A stretch of DNA of 64,000 nucleotides from a virus (lineage: Duplodnaviria > Heunggongvirae > Uroviricota > Caudoviricetes), in the IMG/VR virus record IMGVR_UViG_3300022871_000009, positions 1 to 64,000 of that record; one strand, given 5' to 3'. Below are positions 57,490 through 64,000 of the stretch, piece after piece; the first letter of the stretch is position 1, and the number at the start of each line of letters is the position of its first letter. The notes beneath the pieces are model-generated. The model had not been told where the DNA came from, searched no databases, and saw nothing but the letters and a program-made list of their open reading frames with translations. The position numbers were made by a program, and so were the translations under genes.

Positions 57490-58686
57490 CTAATATCGTT
57501 TATGATGGAAAATAAAAGTAGGTTTATTAGTACAAATAAAATTTTCTGTTCCCTCCCCATCGAAAATCTTGTGCATGAAATCGAAGTCGTACGTGACTTG
57601 TCTAGTATCCTGAAAATATCCATATTTAATGAAGTGGTCTTTTCTGTACAACAAACAACCTAAATCTATTCCCTGTCTACCGAAATGAGTTTGTTTTATC
57701 CGATTGTAAGTAGACTCTGGCTTCTTACCAATCAGTCTCATCCAGCAATAAGGAATTTTACCAGTAGTCATTTCAGCTTCTACCATTGATTGTAAATGCT
57801 CTGGAGTCCATTCGTTATCATCATCTAAGAAAACAATACGGTCATATTTAGCTATCATCGCACCAATATTTCTGGAGTATAGGCCAAATCTACCACGTGT
57901 TTCTTCTACGTCTACAAAAGATACGTCTATTCCTTGTTCAAGAAGATAATCCTTACCTAACCGATACCATTCGCGTATTTCTTTTTGTCCATCATTTACA
58001 ATTATCCATTCAAAATCTTCAAATGATTGTCTCATAATAGAAGCTACAACCGCCCCCATGTTTTCAGCCCTAAAAGCGGCTGTGACGATAGATACTTTTA
58101 TGTTTTGCTTGATAGGTACGAACTTGAGCATAGACTGTCTAAAACAGCCGTTTTTGCCCACCAGGGTGACGTTCCAGCCAGTTGCTAGCTCTTTTATCTC
58201 GTCTATTATATAACTGAATCTTTTTGTCTCGCTATCTTCAGTAGGGTTGTTTTTTGAATCACCCATAGAGATAGAAGCATAAAACTTCCCATCAGCATTC
58301 ATTACAGGAAGGAGATTATCCAAACACTCCTTAATTTTATCTTTTACTAAGTGTGTGAATACAGACTTTGCAATTACGTAATCAAATTTTCTTTCTTTAA
58401 ATGAAGAAAAATCGAAGTTATCTGTATGAACTAGGTTAGGTCTGTTTCTACGCTGGTTTTTATCCATTTCCTTCTCTACACCAGCATCAAGTAGCCACTG
58501 GTGCTTTTCAACACCGTGATAGTTCCCTGGGTCAAGATAATCTATAAAGTGAACTCCCGCCCTTAGAGACCCGCAACCGATATCCAAAAACTTATGATAA
58601 GGTTGCAAACCTTCCTCCTTGAGAAAATCTATTTGTTTCTTGCCAGCTTCCTCCCAGTTGCCGCCAACGTATTTTCTGTGGTCCAT
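57490..58686 (-). CDS. bifunctional class I SAM methyltransferase (N-terminal) / GT2 glycosyltransferase (C-terminal)
   Basis: FLDIGCGSLRAG matches SAM motif I. C-terminal VSIVTAAFRAENMGAVVASIMRQSFEDFEWIIVNDG matches the GT2 start. Confidence 0.6.
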   Translation of the reverse strand: MDHRKYVGGNWEEAGKKQIDFLKEEGLQPYHKFLDIGCGSLRAGVHFIDYLDPGNYHGVEKHQWLLDAGVEKEMDKNQRRNRPNLVHTDNFDFSSFKERKFDYVIAKSVFTHLVKDKIKECLDNLLPVMNADGKFYASISMGDSKNNPTEDSETKRFSYIIDEIKELATGWNVTLVGKNGCFRQSMLKFVPIKQNIKVSIVTAAFRAENMGAVVASIMRQSFEDFEWIIVNDGQKEIREWYRLGKDYLLEQGIDVSFVDVEETRGRFGLYSRNIGAMIAKYDRIVFLDDDNEWTPEHLQSMVEAEMTTGKIPYCWMRLIGKKPESTYNRIKQTHFGRQGIDLGCLLYRKDHFIKYGYFQDTRQVTYDFDFMHKIFDGEGTENFICTNKPTFIFHHKRY

Positions 58687-58687
58687 A

Positions 58688-59278
58688 TTATTTTCCTTCA
58701 GCTATACCTTCATGGCCATAACGGATTAGGTCATCTTTGTAGTATGGCTTATGAATTTTATAAATTATTCCTAGACCTGATTTTGATAGTGGCAAAGCAG
58801 ACTTTGGATAGTCAACTTCATCCCAAAAGAATCGTACTACGCCTTTATGAGGCCAAAGTACATCATGCATGAGGATTATTCCACCTTCCTTCACAAAAGG
58901 CTCAAAACGTTCATAATCGGCCTTCACGCCTTCGTAAGAGTGGTCTCCATCTATAAGTAGTACATCTATTTCCTTGTCCCATGGCAGAGTTTTAGAATCT
59001 CCTTGCATAAACTCCCAATGCTTCTTTAGCTCTGGGTCTTTCACAACTCCAGTACAATCCTCGATATCCATGCTATACAACTTAAGATTCTTATGTCCTC
59101 TGTCGTGTATACCATGTAGGAAGGCCAATGTGCTTGTACCCCATCTTGTTCCAATTTCTAAAATTGTACGCGCACCTTTTTTATAGTCAGTAGCGACTGA
59201 GTAAAGTAGTGGTACGAATCCTCCCATATTAGCTCCCTTACGTTTTACGTCGTTTAACTCTTGTGGGTAGTTTTCCAT
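58688..59278 (-). CDS. class I SAM-dependent methyltransferase (O-methyltransferase/Methyltransf_24-like)
   Basis: ILEIGTRWGTSTLAF...LIDGDHSYEGVKAD pattern. Confidence 0.55.
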   Translation of the reverse strand: MENYPQELNDVKRKGANMGGFVPLLYSVATDYKKGARTILEIGTRWGTSTLAFLHGIHDRGHKNLKLYSMDIEDCTGVVKDPELKKHWEFMQGDSKTLPWDKEIDVLLIDGDHSYEGVKADYERFEPFVKEGGIILMHDVLWPHKGVVRFFWDEVDYPKSALPLSKSGLGIIYKIHKPYYKDDLIRYGHEGIAEGK

Positions 59279-59289
59279 ATTTTATCTTT

Positions 59290-60030
59290 TTATTTAAAAA
59301 TTCTCTCACCATCCAATGGCTTATTAGTCATTAAATCTATTTGTGGGTATGGTTTTTCTTCCAATGCTTGACCACGTCTCCATGTCCCAGTTCCATGTTT
59401 TTCTGTCTTTATTTTATATCCCTTATCTTTACCATAGCCTAAATGGTTACACCACAAATCTGATGCCCATCCAGCTTCTTTCCCAATTTTGCGTATTAAA
59501 GATGTGAAACCAAACTCTTCATAGTGCTTCTTGCCAAAACCACCAGCTTCCAGTATGTCATCTAATCTCTGGATTCTGAAATAACTAGCTAATCCTTTTC
59601 TAGCTGGTGTTATATCAGAATCGAGCCAATTCATATTAGGTATTCTTTGTATTCTACAACTTATACCACCATATTCTGGATATTTTTTCATTAAAAAAAT
59701 CAACTGGTCAACAACATCTGGTTTTAAAGATGGGATGATAATATCGTCAAAGGTCGTTATGAAATATTCAGATTTTACATATTTTAAACCCTCATCCCAT
59801 GCGACAGAGATGCCTCTGTACCCTTTCCCATTATTATTTAGTAGAGTACTTACAACTTTTTTTTCAACCATCTCTTCCAAAAATTCAAATGTTCCATCAC
59901 TTGATAAATCGTCAGTTACTATAAGGTTAACTCTACTAAAAGGTATAATTCTTTTTGTTAGTTCTTCTATACATTTTTTTGTAAACTCCAACCTATTACA
60001 CGTCATTAATATAATATCTATTTTATTCAT
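59290..60030 (-). CDS. family 2 glycosyltransferase
   Basis: IDIILMTCNRLEFTKKCIE...IVTDDLSSDGT. Confidence 0.65.
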   Translation of the reverse strand: MNKIDIILMTCNRLEFTKKCIEELTKRIIPFSRVNLIVTDDLSSDGTFEFLEEMVEKKVVSTLLNNNGKGYRGISVAWDEGLKYVKSEYFITTFDDIIIPSLKPDVVDQLIFLMKKYPEYGGISCRIQRIPNMNWLDSDITPARKGLASYFRIQRLDDILEAGGFGKKHYEEFGFTSLIRKIGKEAGWASDLWCNHLGYGKDKGYKIKTEKHGTGTWRRGQALEEKPYPQIDLMTNKPLDGERIFK

Positions 60031-60034
60031 ATAA

Positions 60035-61348
60035 TTATCTTTTTTTAGCTACGATTAAAGCGACAAATTTACTAGGATTATTTTTCTCAACGTGGCAAGA
60101 ACGTATAACTCTCATGCCGAGCAGTCTCCTAAGCATTAGGTTAAGTGTATTCAGCCCAAGGTTAGCCTTGTGCCCGTTGTATATTATGTACTTGGGTTTT
60201 ATTTCTCCATCAGGGACTGCGATAGCTAGTACCCCCCCTGGTTTTAAAACTCTTTTCCATTCTGCTATTGCAGCCACAGTATCTGGTAAATGTTCCAACA
60301 AATGTGAACTAACAATGAAATCAAGTTCGTTATCTTTAAACATCCACAAATCTGTACAATCTCCTACAATATCTACGTTATCATGAGGATATACATCCAT
60401 ACCCATGGCATTTTCGTGGCATTTCATAAAACCACAGCCTAAGTCCAACCCTTTCCCTGTTTCACAGTATTTTGATAGTTCAATCTGCTCGGCAATCAAT
60501 CTTTTTCTAGCATTACCAGCTCTATCATCTCTGCCCCAATAATCGTAATATGCTTGCCTCCTCTTATGTTCCTCACTGTCTCTTACTGTGTTTATTTTAA
60601 GAGGAATATTAGTCCTCTTGTCTATTTCTGGATATGGTTGCTCTTTGTTTTGAAATACACGTTCTTCAGCATAAGTATGATAATCAGTAAACCCAGTTTT
60701 GAACCCCTTATTATCTACAAAACCGATATGAGACGCATAGACCTTAGTAGCCATTCCAACTTTTTTTCCAGTCTTCTTAACTTTATCTGAAAAAGTATGA
60801 GACTCCCAATGAGGTCTATTTGAAAAACCGATATGTTCCAGCATGTCTCTACCAGTTATTCTAAAAACAGCAGGACATGCTGTGTCAGAAGGAATTATTT
60901 TAGAAAATTCATCGATATCTCTCCTTCTTGTTCTTTCTATTCTCATAGAGACAGCGCCATAATCTACGTTATCCTCCAATAGATGAATCATTCCTTCCAG
61001 CCAACATGGTCTCAAATCTGGCGGCAACAAATCATCTTGAGTTTGAACTACCAGGTCGCTTATTTTCCCTTTTAACTTACTATTAGCATAATTATATAAA
61101 AATTTGTAACCTGCAGCTTGGCCACCATTATCCTCTGCAACAACAAAATCATACACATACCCCCAACTTTTAGCCTGTTTTAGATATCTTGTAGTGTCAT
61201 TATCATTTTTATTATTATTGACAATCCACAATCTAAACGGATAACGTGTTCTTTCGTATATATGTTTTACTGTTCTTTTAAGTAAATGAAGTCTGTTATA
61301 TGTTACCAAAAAAATATCTACAAAGTCTTTGTTTTCTATTTTTTCCAT
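60035..61348 (-). CDS. bifunctional GT2 glycosyltransferase (N-terminal) / class I SAM methyltransferase (C-terminal)
   Basis: N-terminal VDIFLVTYNRLHLLKRTV matches GT2. C-terminal GLDLGCGFMKCHENAMGMDV...LKPGGVLAIAVP matches SAM MTase motifs I and post-I. Confidence 0.6.
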   Translation of the reverse strand: MEKIENKDFVDIFLVTYNRLHLLKRTVKHIYERTRYPFRLWIVNNNKNDNDTTRYLKQAKSWGYVYDFVVAEDNGGQAAGYKFLYNYANSKLKGKISDLVVQTQDDLLPPDLRPCWLEGMIHLLEDNVDYGAVSMRIERTRRRDIDEFSKIIPSDTACPAVFRITGRDMLEHIGFSNRPHWESHTFSDKVKKTGKKVGMATKVYASHIGFVDNKGFKTGFTDYHTYAEERVFQNKEQPYPEIDKRTNIPLKINTVRDSEEHKRRQAYYDYWGRDDRAGNARKRLIAEQIELSKYCETGKGLDLGCGFMKCHENAMGMDVYPHDNVDIVGDCTDLWMFKDNELDFIVSSHLLEHLPDTVAAIAEWKRVLKPGGVLAIAVPDGEIKPKYIIYNGHKANLGLNTLNLMLRRLLGMRVIRSCHVEKNNPSKFVALIVAKKR

Positions 61349-61349
61349 A

Positions 61350-61976
61350 TTATAATATTTTATCTTTTTTTCTGTAATTATCTAACGCTTCTAAAGGTCT
61401 CAAATTATCTAGAGACCAACAGGACTCAAACTCATCATCATCTACTGAGGAATAATTAAATTTAGAGTCAGGAATTATGTGGTCAATATTCCACTCCCCC
61501 CTATTAAATCCATAATTATCCCAAGACATCCATGATTCAAATTTTGATTCTAAATTTTTAATAAGGTCATCTATGGTATAAGGCAGAATATCAAAAGTAG
61601 GCACCCCTTTTTTAGACAATAATCTTTTTTTAAGTCTATTTCTAACCAACCAAGATACCGTATATCTAAGCTTAAAATGTGGATTATTCTTATTTCTATG
61701 ATAATATCTTCTCCTACTCTCTTTTATTCCTCCCTTGTAATTCATCTTGTCCCTACAAACTAATGAACAATAATTATGTTTATTCTCTCTCAACTTAGAT
61801 GGTATACGTAACAATTCTTCGCCGCAGGAATCACATTGAACCTTTTGCACTTTAACCTGTGCTCTATGCTTGCATTTCCTTGAACAATATTTTCTTTTTT
61901 TTAATAATGACCTTTGAACATAAAAACTTTTTCCACAAAAAATACAGACCTTATTTGCTCCAGCACGATTATTCAT
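61350..61976 (-). CDS. free-standing HNH-like endonuclease with zinc fingers
   Basis: CIFCGKSF...CSRKC...CDSCGEE...CSLVC zinc knuckles. NIDHIIPDSKF HNH-like core. Confidence 0.5.
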   Translation of the reverse strand: MNNRAGANKVCIFCGKSFYVQRSLLKKRKYCSRKCKHRAQVKVQKVQCDSCGEELLRIPSKLRENKHNYCSLVCRDKMNYKGGIKESRRRYYHRNKNNPHFKLRYTVSWLVRNRLKKRLLSKKGVPTFDILPYTIDDLIKNLESKFESWMSWDNYGFNRGEWNIDHIIPDSKFNYSSVDDDEFESCWSLDNLRPLEALDNYRKKDKIL

Positions 61977-63402
61977 AGAGCACAGGTGCTAACATTTTAT
62001 GATATATAGCATCGAAACTGTGGGTGCTCCAAACCTTTCTGAATTGTTTGTCAGGTTTATTTGATTCTAACTGTCCGATAATAATCTTAGCCAATCTATC
62101 GAAGGCCTGAGGGTCTCGCTCTGCGTAGTGCATGCTCTTCAAAGAAGTGAAAGGGTGCTTGAGCACAGCATTAGTATCTACGAAATCAAACAAACAAGGT
62201 AAATCTTCGTTAATAACTAGTAAGTTTTTAGCCATAGAAGCTTCCAGCAATACATTGCTACACACCTCCGCTATGGTAGGGAATACAAACAAGTTAGATA
62301 TTTGCATTAATTGTGCTACGACTTTATTTGGAACCTCAGTAAGAGTATCGTAGCCGTCATCACTGAGCAAGCTAGTAAACACAAAATCAGTCTCATCAAG
62401 ACCGTGCACTTCTCTAGCAAATTTTAATTTATCTTCAATTTCGTCTACTCTTCGTCTGCCGTTTGAATTGCAGACAATTAGAGCGACATTCTTGCCCTGT
62501 CTCTTAAGAGCTCCGAATGTAGCTATTACAGAATTTAGACCTTTGGCATCCATTCTTGTGGTACAGATAGGATATGTCTGGATGACATCTTTCTCCCACA
62601 ATCTCATCTTGTCGCTGACCATCCTAGTCGTAGGATGCCAATCAAACATTAGTGATGGGTCTTTCTCGTTAAAAATCACACGCACATCGCTATCTCTTAC
62701 TCCGATGTTTCTAGCAAAACCACCAACATCTGCATAGTTCATATAGACATACTTTGTGTTGTCCATTCTGAAATCAATCGGTCTGCCCACTCCAGAACGG
62801 GCCCAGTGTAGCCATTTAATAGGAACTCCACATTCTCTTATAGCTTCTCGGTATGTTATACAATCGTCTATATAAAAATCATGAGTTATAGCGATATCGA
62901 AATCATTTGTAAGCGCACTCCTGAGCATATCAATCATCCTAGTCTTTGCATCCTCATCAACTATACCCTTCTCACGCTTGAATTTAGGTACCACAGGGCG
63001 CATTTCACACCCAATGTCTAATGTACTGCCTTCTTGTGTAAAAAAAACAACCTCGTGCCCATAATGCTGTAACATCTTGATTTGATTCTTTACAGCACGC
63101 CCAGGAGAATAGCTATCAGGGCATCTGTTAAAATGCGTAATTATAGCTATCTTCAGAGGTTTCTCATTTTCAAGAGCCTCAGGCGCTTTAGTTATTGGCA
63201 CAGGTTGTTCTGGTTTTATTCCAAGTGACCTGACAGCATGGTCTAGTGAAGGGATTATATCGTCTCTAGGGAATTCTTCTTGTACTGCATAGTGAGCCAA
63301 GTTATTCTCCTCTTTACTAGGGTCTTTGATTGTAGCAGTTATAAAATAACTGCCAGAGTTCTTTGCTGCCTGGATTATACTGTCTATGTTGCTATTATTC
63401 AT
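61969..63402 (-). CDS. hypothetical protein, possible glycosyltransferase (GT-B-like)
   Basis: 477-aa ORF at the end of the GT island. No firm motif. Confidence 0.3.
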   Translation of the reverse strand: MNNSNIDSIIQAAKNSGSYFITATIKDPSKEENNLAHYAVQEEFPRDDIIPSLDHAVRSLGIKPEQPVPITKAPEALENEKPLKIAIITHFNRCPDSYSPGRAVKNQIKMLQHYGHEVVFFTQEGSTLDIGCEMRPVVPKFKREKGIVDEDAKTRMIDMLRSALTNDFDIAITHDFYIDDCITYREAIRECGVPIKWLHWARSGVGRPIDFRMDNTKYVYMNYADVGGFARNIGVRDSDVRVIFNEKDPSLMFDWHPTTRMVSDKMRLWEKDVIQTYPICTTRMDAKGLNSVIATFGALKRQGKNVALIVCNSNGRRRVDEIEDKLKFAREVHGLDETDFVFTSLLSDDGYDTLTEVPNKVVAQLMQISNLFVFPTIAEVCSNVLLEASMAKNLLVINEDLPCLFDFVDTNAVLKHPFTSLKSMHYAERDPQAFDRLAKIIIGQLESNKPDKQFRKVWSTHSFDAIYHKMLAPVLYE

Positions 63403-63465
63403 ATTTCATTTTATTTACTCTTTTTCCTTCTGTATTATACCTCAAAAAACGTGTTTTGTCAAGTT

Positions 63466-63735
63466 CTATTTTTTCTTTTTGATAAGAGAAAGGAACGGTC
63501 CGACTCTCTTAAGTATAACTTCGTATGTACCTACGGCACTAAACACAGTTGCTGCAAATATCTTCAATGCATCTACTGAAATAGGGTAAACTTGTTGTAG
63601 TAGTGTGTAACCGAGTGCTATCACGAATAAACCTAGGTAGATACTCTTAAATGTAGCTTCTGAACCGAACTTTATAGACAATTTTTTGTACCCTTCCATT
63701 AGGATAGAAAGAATTATACCAAGTAGTATTTCCAT
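63466..63735 (-). CDS. holin-like small membrane protein
   Basis: 89 aa. 2-3 predicted TM helices. KKKK C-terminus. Adjacent to a PG-binding-domain gene. Confidence 0.4.
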   Translation of the reverse strand: MEILLGIILSILMEGYKKLSIKFGSEATFKSIYLGLFVIALGYTLLQQVYPISVDALKIFAATVFSAVGTYEVILKRVGPFLSLIKKKK

Positions 63736-63740
63736 ATGCT

Positions 63741-64000
63741 CTAGTTATTGAATAAATCGTTTAATTTTTTACGAGTAGTCCTCCCAACAAAACCAGTACC
63801 ATGAGAGAGATTCCACGGATGTAGTATCTCTTTGGAGTAAGCTTCTTGGAATAGATTGACAGATTTCATAGTTATCCCGCCATAATATCCTGTACAAACG
63901 ATATTTGATGGGAAAAATTTGAGGTATTTTAGACAGCACTGTAACATCCTGACATCTTCGTTCCTAGCTCCTACTTTCAAATCTTTGCTGAATTTATACT
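63741..64000 (-). CDS. endolysin C-terminal fragment (PG_binding_1-like peptidoglycan-binding domain); gene continues past the window end
   Basis: VRMLQCCLKYLKFF...GYYGGITMKSVNLFQEAY resembles a PG-binding domain. The reading frame stays open upstream to position 64000, so the N-terminal catalytic part lies outside the window. Confidence 0.45.
   Translation of the reverse strand, partial: YKFSKDLKVGARNEDVRMLQCCLKYLKFFPSNIVCTGYYGGITMKSVNLFQEAYSKEILHPWNLSHGTGFVGRTTRKKLNDLFNN

Noticed and set aside
1-64000. CRISPR arrays, rRNA genes, transposase/IS elements, integrase
   Set aside because: No spacer-repeat arrays were seen; the only tandem repeats are the iterons and the coding triplet tracts. 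There are no rRNA-like GC-rich conserved blocks. No DDE or tyrosine-recombinase motifs were recognised in any ORF.

Overview
This 64-kb window is low-GC (about 35%, by eye) and densely packed with genes. It most likely comes from a large tailed dsDNA phage or prophage, possibly a jumbo phage. No rRNA or tRNA gene, CRISPR array, transposase or integrase was recognised.

Layout along the window:
- 1..8.4 kb, minus strand: an early/replication block. It contains a HAD phosphatase, an HTH/zinc-ribbon regulator, a Fic protein, a sugar epimerase, a Prim-Pol/DnaB-like primase-helicase and a lambda-O-like replication initiator. Iteron-like repeats sit inside the initiator gene and are a candidate origin.
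- 8.7..25.2 kb, plus strand: a block driven by near-consensus sigma70 promoters. It contains GT2, MerR and SNF2 helicase genes, an HNH homing endonuclease, SbcD, an SPFH/flotillin protein, RuvC, RmlD-like/RmlB/RmlA, SbcC, an HD hydrolase, an SLT-like transglycosylase and small zinc-ribbon proteins.
- 25.2..52.4 kb, minus strand: a virion/tail block. It contains a 1798-aa Lys-rich protein, an M23 peptidase, a double-LysM protein and fibre/baseplate-like proteins. It also contains a 3664-aa protein made of about 50 NHL-like beta-propeller blades grouped in fives, separated by very long (SSST)n tracts.
- 52.4..63.4 kb, minus strand: an island of glycosyltransferases and GT-methyltransferase fusions. 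It includes a LicD-like domain, a cytidylyltransferase and two free-standing HNH endonucleases.
- 63.4..64.0 kb: the start of a lysis module (a holin-like protein and an endolysin C-terminal PG-binding domain).

The most interesting candidate is the giant serine/threonine-linker multi-propeller fibre together with its apparently dedicated glycosylation/phospho-decoration island. It is analogous to bacterial serine-rich-repeat glycoproteins but sits on a phage. The triplet-repeat DNA of the linkers is also suited to length variation.
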